A DNA stretch of 64,000 nt from Octopus bimaculoides. Taxonomy: Eukaryota. The notes under the pieces were generated by a model. The model was given only the letters and a program-made list of their open reading frames with translations. It did not search any database and was not told the DNA's origin. Shown in pieces: positions 13,274 through 24,033 of this stretch (within the stretch, counting starts at the first letter, position 1; each line of letters starts with the position of its first letter). The DNA lies in NCBI RefSeq assembly GCF_001194135.2, contig NC_068983.1:115600632-115664631 (forward strand). Direction: 5' to 3'. The position numbers and the translations under genes were made by a program.

Positions 13274-13453
13274 GGATATATGAAAAACATAACAACCTTT
13301 GAAAGCGACAGAACAGGAATGCAAAATAAATTATATTTCAAACTAAATTTCCTTCAATGCAGGAAATTCAAATAATAATGGACAGTATACTCACAGCTTA
13401 ATGACTAAAACTGTAAATAATACTGAAATACGATGACTTTTAAAAGTTCATAT

Positions 13454-15906
13454 TTATATATCACTTTCTCTCAGTTCGAGTGTGGTATAAATAATTACAT
13501 TTTTATTGTTTAAAATGTTACCATTTTCATTCTGTGGAAGACATGGTAAAGGTCTTTGTGCATGATTCAAATGTGATCCCCTTTGTGCAGGTATATTATT
13601 TATAGGTAATGATTGGTCTTGGAAAGTACTTTTCTTACCACCATTCCTTATATTTTCTTTATTGTCTAATGCTTTATCTTGCACAGTTTGAGGGTTCTGA
13701 ATTTCTTCATAGTTTTCACCTAGTATAAAGCTAGGGTTATCCAAATATTGATAGCTTCCTGCAGAAAGCTGTTGATCTGGCTGAAGTTGACCATGAGATA
13801 TTACAGAAACGGTTGGCTCTTTAGTTTCATTTGGTTTTTTTCTTAAATAACGTTTAGTTTTTGGTGTTAAATTGACTTGTGTCCTTGCTGAATTTGTAGG
13901 TTCTTCATATATGTGTTTCTTATTGTTTTTATGTCTTCTGTATAATACATAGCATAAAATAAGAAGGATTAAAAGTGCAACAAATACACCAATTCCAAGT
14001 CCTATCTCTAATGTATTTTTGTTGCTAGTNNNNNNNNNNNNNNNNNNNNNNNNNNNNNNNNNNNNNNNNNNNNNNNNNNNNNNNNNNNNNNNNNNNNNNN
14101 NNNNNNNNNNNNNNNNNNNNNNNNNNNNNNNNNNNNNNNNNNNNNNNNNNNNNNNNNNNNNNNNNNNNNNNNNNNNNNNNNNNNNNNNNNNNNNNNNNNN
14201 NNNNNNNNNNNNNNNNNNNNNNNNNNNNNNNNNNNNNNNNNNNNNNNNNNNNNNNNNNNNNNNNNNNNNNNNNNNNNNNNNNNNNNNNNNNNNNNNNNNN
14301 NNNNNNNNNNNNNNNNNNNNNNNNNNNNNNNNNNNNNNNNNNNNNNNNNNNNTTTCAAGTAATTAACAGATGAAATGATATCATTAGATTTCTTAATAAA
14401 CTCTTGCACCTGAACTTGAAGCCAATGAAGAGAACAATTACACACCAGTTTGTTATTGTTGAGGTCTATATTGAAATATTCCTTTTCTGGCCAGGTGAAA
14501 TTATTAAAAACACATTCATCCACAACTTGGAGCTGGTTGTTACTGAGTTTAATAGACTCTAAAGTGTTTTGTAGACCTTGAAATGCACCTTCCTCTAAAG
14601 TCTCTAGTTTGTTGTCATTTAGCTTTATGACTTTTAGCTTTGAGTTCTGTTCAAATGCAAATGCAGGGATTACTGCTAGATTACATTTGGAAAGATCCAA
14701 GATTTCTAAATGTGATAATGTTTTAATTGCTGTCCAAAGATCTTTATTATTAAAACTATTGCCTTTTAATGATAACGTTTTCAATGTTCCACTGGTATTT
14801 TCTAACCATTTTATTTCCATAGTTCCTTTTAGATTTTGATTATCCAAATATAAAATTTCTAAGAGAGGCACTTCAGTCATTGTGGTGGCTTCAATGATCA
14901 ATTGATTTTCCTTTAGAGATAGTTCTTTAAGATTACTTAAACCATTTAAATGTGTTTTTTGCAATTTAGTAAGTTGATTATTTCTCACAGATAAGGTTTT
15001 CAGTTTATTCATATTTTGAAAAATGTCACCTGATAGACTTTTTATTTTGTTGTAATTGAAGTTGAGGGTTTCAAGTTTTGAAAGGTTTTTAAAATGTTTC
15101 AAATGATCTTCTGTGATTGTGTTTAAACTTAAGTCTAAATGTCGAAGGCTGTTCTCAATATTTTGAAATGCAAATTCATCAACTTTTGAGATAGAGTTTT
15201 CTATTAAATACAAATTTTCCAGTTTTCTGTTTTCTTGCAAATTTCCCATACTTATTTCTTTGATAGCATTTTCAGTCATGTCAAGATGTTGTAAGTTGGG
15301 TAAATATTTGAAGGTTTGTGGAAGTGGTATTTTATCCAAGTTATTTTTTGTAATGTGAAGTTGAGTTAAATTCCCCAAATGTACAAAAGCTTTTGTGCTG
15401 AAGTATTGAATTTTATTATTTATTAAAGAGAGTTTTGTCAATTTAGTTAGCTTGTTAGAAGTAAAATTGTTTAAATTTTGGTTCATATAAAAATGTTCAA
15501 TTTCAAGAGTTTCAAGATTATACAGGTTTTGAAGGGCTGTAAAATCAACTAGTTCTGTTGTATTTGTTGTTGATAGCTCTAAGCTTTTCAAGAAATCTTC
15601 TTGTCCACCAAATGCATTTTTGTCAATTACTGTTAATGGATTGTCATATATTGATAAGTGTTTAATTTGAGTACCATTGAAAACATTCTCCTGTAAAGAG
15701 TGTAGATTTGTTCTGGTAAGATATAACATATATGTGCCATTGAGCTGTTCAAAGTTTAAGCGTTTATTATTTAAATCAAAGTTTTTGCAGATAATTTTGA
15801 AGTCATAAATACTACAAGCGTGTTTGATGTTAATTGTTTCATTGAAAGCTAAAGCAGCTACCTGGAATTGTAATATCCAAATTATATGCAGTTGGTTGAA
15901 TTTCAT
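13454..15906 (-). CDS. LRR receptor copy B: type I membrane protein (signal peptide, LRRNT, ~17 LRRs, LRRCT, gap, TM, 161-aa tail)
   Basis: ORF 15927/15906 to the gap at 14030-14352 gives the ectodomain. After the gap, the frame starting at 14029 reads TSNKNTLEIGLGIGVFVALLILLILCYVLYRRHKNNKKHIYEEP...GSYQYLDNPSFILGENYEEIQ...QRPLPCLPQ...VIIYTTLELRESDI* and joins ORF-track 13454-13744 without a stop. The in-frame upstream ATG at 15927 is an alternative start. Confidence 0.88.
13940..14005 (-). other. Transmembrane helix of LRR copy B
   Basis: IGLGIGVFVALLILLILCYVLY followed by basic RRHK stop-transfer residues. Confidence 0.85.
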
Positions 15907-15934
15907 TTTGGAATGCGTAATTTCCATGTGTCAC

Positions 15935-15952
15935 CTGTATAAGAGATAAAAT
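15935..15952 (-). other. Splice acceptor upstream of copy B coding exon
   Basis: Minus strand ttttatctcttatacag|GTGACACATGGAAATTACGCATTCCAAAATG; AG at 15936-15935. Confidence 0.55.
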
Positions 15953-16839
15953 GTTTTCAAGGATGCAAGTAGTATATATTTCATGTTGTATGTGTTAACG
16001 ATAGGGCCACCTGACAATTACAAATATGACTTATTATAAAACTTCAATGCGAAGCTGCTTTTAGTATATAAAAAATTTTGTACATAGTGATGAATTTACA
16101 ATATCAATATCACAAGCAGATGAGAAGCATTTGACATGGATGCCTGAACCGCCAGATCTCATAATTTCATATGTCTGCTTCTTCTGTGGCAGGTGTTTGT
16201 TCACTGCATGGCACCCAAATCTCACTGCCAACAATATATAGAATGAAAGTGACTCTTCTTTTACTGATGTCATAAATAACAAGCAGTCACTTTAAAAATA
16301 AATATCAGTGACATAAGCAGTATATGCCAAAACTAGAAATCATTATATAGGTGAAGTCCAAGCCTGATAAGATTGTCTATGAAGTAAATCAACCAATATC
16401 AATATAAGTAATCATCATAAACCACGAATCCATAAACACTTTCAACTTTATGAAAATGAAGGGCAACTGAGAATTACAAAATCCCAGGACATAAAAAATT
16501 CACAAGCAAGCATATCAAATAAACATTTCCACCATTAGCTACAAAACGGATATCTCTATGGTTTTGGAACTTGGGCAGTAGCATCAGTGTTAACAGCTTT
16601 AAAAGCATAAATGCTGCTTGGGAATCAGTTGAAATGAGCAGGAGTGAGCATATGTCCATTATGCCAATACCTGCTTATAACTACAAACATCAGTCTCAAA
16701 TTAAACAAATTAGTATTAACTTATTGTTACAAAATGGTCTCTATAAAACAAATATATANNNNNNNNNNNNNNNNNNNNNNNNNNNNNNNNNNNNNNNNNN
16801 NNNNNNNNNNTATATATATATATATATATATATATGGTA

Positions 16840-17035
16840 AATTCAAAAAAAGAAGAACAAACACAAAAGAAACCAACAACGTGAGGACGTGGTACATGTG
16901 AAGTATTAGCAGACGTTCAGGGAAGGAAAGAAAGATCGTTTTACATTTTGAGCAACGCTCTTCTTCAGAAACAGAAAAGTCCAATAGAAAGAAAGACGGA
17001 GGAAGAAAATCGCGAACAATTCACATGTGGTTACA
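16840..17035 (-). mobile_element. Penelope-like terminal-repeat fragment
   Basis: Minus strand ctgaaga-a-gagcgttgctc-aaaa-tgta, a degenerate minimal hammerhead, next to an (AT)n tract; related piece at about 29615-29690. Confidence 0.5.
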
Positions 17036-17039
17036 TTTA

Positions 17040-18440
17040 GTGCAAGGAGAAGCTATTCCATCCACAAAGCAAAATTCTGATCAAATGCCTTGGAAGTGCT
17101 TTGACAATTCCCTCCCTGACAGCAAGCAGAGGAGTGACTGAGGAGGATTGAAAGACCAGGGCTCCTAGGAAAATACAAGGCATAGCTTTATTAACACAAA
17201 CTGCTCCTAAGACTCCTGCAGTTATTGACATTGTATGCTGAAAGGTAGGAGGGTATCCCATGAAACTTCCCTTCAGTAGGCCTCTACATAAGATGTGAAC
17301 AGCTCCAATTTCCTTTGTCATCCATGGTGGAAAAATTCAAGGTCACAAAGTGTAAAGTTGTATTGATGTATGGGGAGTCCCATGATGAGCATGTCTGACA
17401 TTCATGTATTATTACCAAGGTCTGGGTGAAAGTGGATGGCCAGCACCACTGATGCAGAGGCTGAAACATGCTGAAGCTACATGATATCATTGGAATTCCA
17501 TGAACAGGATAGCAGAGTCTTAGTTCTTTTGATTTCCAACAATGGAAAAAGGCAGATACCAGAGAAAGGAGGGCCATGATACACGCAGAAGTATGACAAG
17601 AGGAGGAAGAAAGAAGGTCAAGGGCTGTGGATTTGGTTATTTTGGGGAGCCTGGACTACATGGGACTTTCCCAAAAAGAAGGTTACATGGACAGACCTTT
17701 GAAGTCCAGAAGTTTTCCGCATCTCCTTCCTGATGCGGTTGATGTGTGATACATTCCCAATGCTAACAAACCTGCACAGATGAGGTTTGAAAGGAGACCA
17801 ATTGTGTAGACTCTATGGCGAAAGAGGCATCCTGGCACACATCTTGACGGTGCAAAATAGAACTTACTCAAGGGTAAAAGAAGAAACACTACCAGCAGAG
17901 AAAAACAACACCAGCAATGCAGTTCTGGAAGAAAGGAGAGAAACCAGTGAAGACAGCAAAATTGGACAATTAGTCTACTACATGGGGCCCAATCATGGAA
18001 TAAGAAAGTAGATCTGTGGGAAAGATTACAGTTTCTCCAGTTCACCCTGACAATCCTCAGGCCAGATGTAGTTTTGTGGTATGGAAAGGCATAAAAAAAA
18101 TCTTGATTGAGCTTATAGTCTCATGGGAAGAAGGGTATGATGAAACCTTTGAATGAGTGTGCCAAGTATGAGAGCCTTCTGTAGGATTGCTCAGAAAAGG
18201 GATAGCACTCACAACTATTTCCAGTTGAAATTCTCATGTCATTTGGAATGGAGGGTGTTTGCAGTCACTGGAATAAGAGTAAAAGAGAACTATGTACAAG
18301 AAGGGTAATACAACAGAAAGAGCTTTTTGCTGGTCATGGAGCAAGAGAGAGGAGCTAAGCTGAAAGCCAGGCAGATATGATGAGCAGTGATTTGGCCATC
18401 TCTGCTGCCATGCCAGTGGGAAGGTATTGTGGTTCAGGAT
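17040..18440 (+). mobile_element. HERO-like (R2 superfamily) non-LTR retrotransposon 3' fragment with stops and frameshifts
   Basis: Broken frames give IKCLG, GLLGKYKA, SVGLYIRCEQLQFPLSSMVEKFKV, QQWKKADTRERRAM, WTTWDFP, FRISFLMR, CRLYGERGILAHIL (degenerate zinc knuckle), LRPDVVLW...LIELIVSWEE and FPVEI. Confidence 0.8.
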
Positions 18441-18555
18441 CAAAACACCTGTTGATTGTTAGATGCCATCTGATGACACCAATTCCACCTTAGCTAATGC
18501 TATATATTCAAGTGAATAGAAAAAAAGTATCTAAGTATCTTCTTTTATGTGTTAT

Positions 18556-18594
<39 letters not shown>

Positions 18595-19179
18595 NNNNNN
18601 NNNNNNNNNNNNNNNNNNNNNNNNNNNNNNNNNNNNNNNNNNNNNNNNNNNNNNNNNNNNNNNNNNNNNNNNNNNNNNNNNNNNNNNNNNNNNNNNNNNN
18701 NNNNNNNNNNNNNNNNNNNNNNNNNNNNNNNNNNNNNNNNNNNNNNNNNNNNNNNNNNNNNNNNNNNNNNNNNNNNNNNNNNNNNNNNNNNNNNNNNNNN
18801 NNNNNNNNNNNNNNNNNNNNNNNNNNNNNNNNNNNNNNNNNNNNNNNNNNNNNNNNNNNNNNNNNNNNNNNNNNNNNNNNNNNNNNNNNNNNNNNNNNNN
18901 NNNNNNNNNNNNNNNNNNNNNNNNNNNNNNNNNNNNNNNNNNNNNNNNNNNNNNNNNNNNNNNNNNNNNNNNNNNNNNNNNNNNNNNNNNNNNNNNNNNN
19001 NNNNNNNNNNNNNNNNNNNNNNNNNNNNNNNNNNNNNNNNNNNNNNNNNNNNNNNNNNNNNNNNNNNNNNNNNNNNNNNNNNNNNNNNNNNNNNNNNNNN
19101 NNNNNNNNNNNNNNNNNNNNNNNNNNNNNNNNNNNNNNNNNNNNNNNNNNNNNNNNNNTATATATATATATATATATAT

Positions 19180-19312
19180 ATATACTTTATTTAAAAGCAG
19201 CAGAAATATAACAAAAGACTGTTACTCTGAGTTTCACGTTCCCGTTCATTGGACAGTTTTGTTAGAAATGGGAAAGGAATAACAATGCAATCAAAAGTGC
19301 TTACTCTGGTAT
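19180..19312 (-). mobile_element. Penelope-like terminal fragment with degenerate hammerhead fold (19218-19257)
   Basis: Minus strand ACTGT-ccaatga-ACG ggaa CGT-GAAA-CTC a GAG-TA-ACAGT; stems I, II and III pair and the core has two mismatches to CUGAUGA. Confidence 0.45.
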
Positions 19313-19359
19313 ATATATATATATGCACGCCTATTTAGAAATATTCATATAAGTTGTAT

Positions 19360-19853
19360 GTTTGGCAGAATTTTGGTGCAAGCACTCCTATAACCCTTCA
19401 TAACTTTTTATTCTTTTGGAATTTTCAGAAAATGTTTCCAAATTTGTGTTCTACACACAGGAATTCATATGTTCATGTAAAAAATAAAAACACTTTTTTT
19501 TTTGTGTGTGATTTAAGAGCGATTTAGCTGTTATTTTTAGCACATCTCATGATCACCTGATACCTTCCTTATTTCTTTGTCACTCTGACATATATTGATG
19601 TTTTTCAATATTTTTTTCCTGCAAACACATTTAATGGAATGACGGTACACCTATTTAAAAAATAAAATTAAAAAACAGTGGAGCTTTTAAGATTTACGGG
19701 GCAGTCGTGTTAAAAAATTAAAAAGGATTGTTTTTCCATAATTGTATAAATTCCTGTTTAGAACACAAATTCACAAAACTTTTCTGAAAATCCCCAAAAG
19801 TTAGAAAAGTTATGAGTGGTTATGTAGGGTGCTTAAACTAGGATTCTGCCATA
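19360..19853. mobile_element. MITE-like element with ~110-bp imperfect terminal inverted repeats
   Basis: 19360-19470 (ggcagaattttggtgcaagcactcc...gtgttctacacacaggaatt) pairs with the reverse complement of about 19742-19853. Confidence 0.55.
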
Positions 19854-20121
19854 TATCTATACACTTTTCAAAATGTAGATATTTACTTATTAGTATACAC
19901 ACACAAGCAGATAAGAACATTTGCTAATATCCTTCTACTCTCTCTCTCACTCACATACACATAAAGAATCATTGAAATCTTACCTCATTACATTATCAAA
20001 ATTTCATTATATTGCTTAAATTTGAGATATTAAATTGTCTGTAGTGTGATCGTATTCCATTACATCCATGATTATAATTCATCTGAAGTGTATGTAGTTT
20101 TCTTTTCAGCAGGTGTAAATA

Positions 20122-20182
<61 letters not shown>

Positions 20183-20691
20183 ACAGTACACACTCACAAC
20201 TACTAAGTTGTTTTTTTGTGTCTCTGTTCCTCCCTGACTGCTCATTCACTAGGTGAATGAATACTACCTGTGGGTTGGTGATTGATAGGAAGTAAGTAGC
20301 ACACAGTCTTTTCTAGGATTAGCCTTGTCCACTAGGCAAATAGTCTACTAATTTATCATGTTTCCCATTCTCTTTGTATATATTTTATTCTCATGTAAAT
20401 TCTCAATAGTCATCAGGAGCAAATCAGTTGTTAAGAAACAGAAAACTATCAGCAATTTCTTTTTCTATTTTTTCTTTTTTTTCTTTCTTTTCTCAATACT
20501 CAAAACACAAAATAGTTTTAGTTGTTCATTAAATTTAGCTAAGTAGCTAATAGTTTTGTAGTGTCCTTAAGAAATATTTTATATGTCAACATGAGAAACA
20601 AAAAATGTTTACCACATTTTATAATTTTCTACTAAAAAGTCACTCTTTTATTTCTTTATATTCAAACGTGTATGTGTGTGTGTGTATTCTT

Positions 20692-20901
20692 TCTTTTTAA
20701 CTGGTTTCAGTCATTTTTTGACTGTGGCCATGCTGGAGCACCGCCTTGCTTTTAGTCAAAGAAATTGACCCCAGGACTTATTATTTTATTTGTTAGCCTA
20801 GTACTTATTCTATTGGTCACTTTTGCCAAAACTGTAAGTTATGGGGATGTAACATTGGTTGTGAACTGATGGTAGGGGGACAAACATGGATACAAACACA
20901 A

Positions 20902-20943
<42 letters not shown>

Positions 20944-21107
20944 TCAATGGGCTTCTTTCAGTTTCCCTCTACCAAATCCACTCACAAGGCTTTGGTCGGC
21001 CCGAGGCTATAGTAGAAGACTCTTGCCCAAGGTGTCATGCAGTGAAACTGAAGCTGGAACCATGTGGTTAGGAAGCAAGCTTCTTACTACACAGCCATGC
21101 CTGTACC
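20692..21107 (-). mobile_element. Abundant bipartite SINE with internal AT/CA microsatellite (family A)
   Basis: Head gctgtgtggtaagaagcttgcttcc...gggcaag and tail ...ggtgctccagcatggcc...gactgaaac; other copies at about 34697-36015 (-, interrupted), 37102-37480 (+), 40485-40890 (+), 45876-46222 (+) and 62985-63133 (-). Confidence 0.8.
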
Positions 21108-21218
21108 TATATATATGTATATAGTTCAAATTTACAGGAAAACAAAAGATGAAGACAAGTGAAGGAACAACAAGCAGCTAAGTTTAATGCTTAAGAAGAA
21201 TAGAAAAGTCTTTGACTG

Positions 21219-21403
21219 GTAGTTGAAATGGAACTTTTCTTAGTTGTTTTTATGAAGATTTCTAGTTTAGGTGTTGAACTTGCAGTTGAAATGGAACTTT
21301 TCTTTCTCGATTATTTTCTTGGAAGTCTCTTGTTTAGGTATTGAACTTGTAGCTGAAATGGAACTTTTCTCAGTTTTTTTCATGGCAATCTCTTGTTCAG
21401 TTT
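21219..21403 (-). repeat. Three imperfect ~60-bp tandem repeats encoding Ser/Thr/Lys-rich units
   Basis: Unit aaagttccatttca(g/a)ct... repeated three times; translates as EKSSISATSSIPKQETSKK-like. Confidence 0.75.
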
Positions 21404-21583
21404 GAGAATATACATTGCCAATAGTTAATAATTCATCTTTGCAGCAGTAACACTTATATATACAATGATACTCACCACCTATAGGGACAACAATTTTAAC
21501 ATGTTTGAATGATAGTAGGTTAAAGCAAGACCAACTGATGTAACATGTCTGTTACCAAATGATCACTGAAACCTTCTTTCCAG

Positions 21584-22272
21584 GTGCCCAATACCATCTT
21601 TCCTGCCCATGTTCCCTCCCGCACCCCTTTCCCAGTTCTCAGGGTTGGTAATGTCAATGTAGATACATTGAAAGGTAGGTCTAGTGAGATTGTTGAGATG
21701 CTTGAATGGAGGCATACTGAAGTATGCTGTATTCAAGAGGCAAGGTGGAGAAGAGCTTCACCCAGGTTCTTCACAGGCAAGGCACATAGGTATAAAATTT
21801 TCTGAGAAGGTAACAGTAATGAGGTAGATAATGTGGGCATACTTCTTGCAGAGAAATGGGTGGATACGGTCGTAGAGGTAATCAGAGTGAGCGATAAAGT
21901 GCTTAAGCTCAGGCTAGTCACAGAGACAAAGTGGTTGAGTTCCTTTTGAATGTTGGGCCTTACAGAGGCAATGACCGAGATCTTTGGCATTATGTTGTGC
22001 TTGAGAAGAAGACCCATCAAGCCAAGTAAAATCGCAGTCATGGCAGATATCGGTGTCACACAAATGGTACCCTTGCCGGTGGCACATAAAAGCACCCATT
22101 ACATTCTCGGGGTGGTTGGCGTTAAGAACTGCATCCAGCTGTAGAAACCATGCTAAAACAGACTGGAGTCTGGTGAAGCCTACCAGCTTGCCCGCCCTGG
22201 TGAAGCCTCCCAGCTTGCCAGCCCTGGTGAAACCGTCCAACCTATGCCAGCATGGACGACAGACATTAAATG
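21584..22272 (+). mobile_element. Internally deleted RTE LINE (APE endonuclease N-terminus fused to 3' end)
   Basis: LRVGNVNVDTLKGRSSEIVEML...CIQEARW...VGILLAEKW...LKLRLV runs straight into LGLTEAMT and the 3' UTR/tail of the family at 6731. Confidence 0.8.
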
Positions 22273-24033
22273 ATGATGAAATTACTCGAGTAGTTTGTAT
22301 TGTGTATCTCGTCTCAAGCTCTGATTTTCTGCCTATTCTTGTTGGAACCTTTGATATGGAGTATCAAAATTTTAATCCCTTTCACACTTATAAAATGTCA
22401 AGCAAACTTAATAATTTGTCATTACCATTTTAGCTGGGAGACCAAACTGATAGTTTGGTAACCCACTAAAATAAACATTAAAAATTGAAAGGAGAAAATA
22501 AACAGCTTTGCAAGTTTAATTCAGTGTTTATTAAAGAAGAGAGGTGAAAAATTTAAGAAGCGTTTTGTTAGAATATACATGTCTGTGAAGAGACATAAAC
22601 AAAAATAGCAAAAATCTACCATACCAAAAGAACTGGTAATACATACATTACAAGTGTTCTATGAAGAGAACATAAGATTGCTGCATAATTCACCATGAAT
22701 GTGAAACGACATTAAACATTGTATAAGGTAAATGAAGGTTTCTGTAGGAACGCTAAGTCATATTCACTTACTGAGTTTAATTGTGCAAGGATGAATCATG
22801 ATGTTGTCGTCAGCGTTAGATGCAGTAAGAGCTGGTAGTGGTGATGTTGGCAGTGATGAATTTCGTTGTCCTAATGTGGAGAAAGCGACCAATAGCTTCC
22901 TGGGGGCAAATGCAAGCTAGACTTCTTAAGCGGAGAAAAACTGATCTGTTTAAGGAAATTGCTGGGCTCCATTGTGATAGGTAGAAACAGCAAGCAATGT
23001 AAGATATGGCCTGGACCGTGATTACCAGCATGAACATCAAACTTCAAAAGTAGTTAACCATTTAATGGTTTTAGTGAATTTATACAGAAAAAGTAAGCAT
23101 TATACTGTCTAGCATAAATAAAAGTCAGCTTCATTATATATTTTCTGTAAAACCTNNNNNNNNNNNNNNNNNNNNNNNNNNNNNNNNNNNNNNNNNNNNN
23201 NNNNNNNNNNNNNNNNNNNNNNNNNNNNNNNNNNNNNNNNNNNNNNNNNNNNNNNNNNNNNNNNNNNNNNNNNNNNNNNNNNNNNNNNNNNNNNNNNNNN
23301 NNNNNNNNNNNNNNNNNNNNNNNNNNNNNNNNNNNNNNNNNNNNNNNNNNNNNNNNNNNNNNNNNNNNNNNNNNNNNNNNNNNNNNNNNNNNNNNNNNNN
23401 NNNNNNNNNNNNNNNNNNNNNNNNNNNNNNNNNNNNNNNNNNNNNNNNNNNNNNNNNNNNNNNNNNNNNNNNNNNNNNNNNNNNNNNNNNNNNNNNNNNN
23501 NNNNNNNNNNNNNNNNNNNNNNNNNNNNNNNNNNNNNNNNNNNNNNNNNNNNNNNNNNNNNNNNNNNNNNNNNNNNNNNNNNNNNNNNNNNNNNNNNNNN
23601 NNNNNNNNNNNNNNNNNNNNNNNNNNNNNNNNNNNNNNNNNNNNNNNNNNNNNNNNNNNNNNNNNNNNNNNNNNNNNNNNNNNNNNNNNNNNNNNNNNNN
23701 NNNNNNNNNNNNNNNNNNNNNNNNNNNNNNNNNNNNNNNNNNNNNNNNNNNNNNNNNNNNNNNNNNNNNNNNNNNNNNNNNNNNNNNNNNNNNNNNNNNN
23801 NNNNNNNNNNNNNNNNNNNNNNNNNNNNNNNNNNNNNNNNNNNNNNNNNNNNNNNNNNNNNNNNNNNNNNNNNNNNNNNNNNNNNNNNNNNNNNNNNNNN
23901 NNNNNNNNNNNNNNNNNNNNNNNNNNNNNNNNNNNNNNNNNNNNNNNNNNNNNNNNNNNNNNNNNNNNNNNNNNNNNNNNNNNNNNNNNNNNNNNNNNNN
24001 NNNNNNNNNNNNNNNNNNNNNNNNNNNNNNNNN

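Noticed and set aside
14008-14029. LATKIH* as the true C-terminus of copy B
   Set aside because: Artefact of the estimated gap length; the adjacent frame gives a TM helix and a long open tail.
13454-15906. Calling the LRR genes Toll-like receptors, LRR-GPCRs or VLRs
   Set aside because: The complete tail has no TIR domain, there is a single TM helix, and there is no GPI-type end or germline-cassette architecture that would justify VLR; only analogies are claimed.
22800-23050. GC-richer segment with a ~50-codon plus-strand frame (…LMWRKRPIASWGQMQARLLKRR…) ending at AG|gtagaa
   Set aside because: No recognisable similarity to ATG2 or any family I know, and no acceptor; left unexplained.
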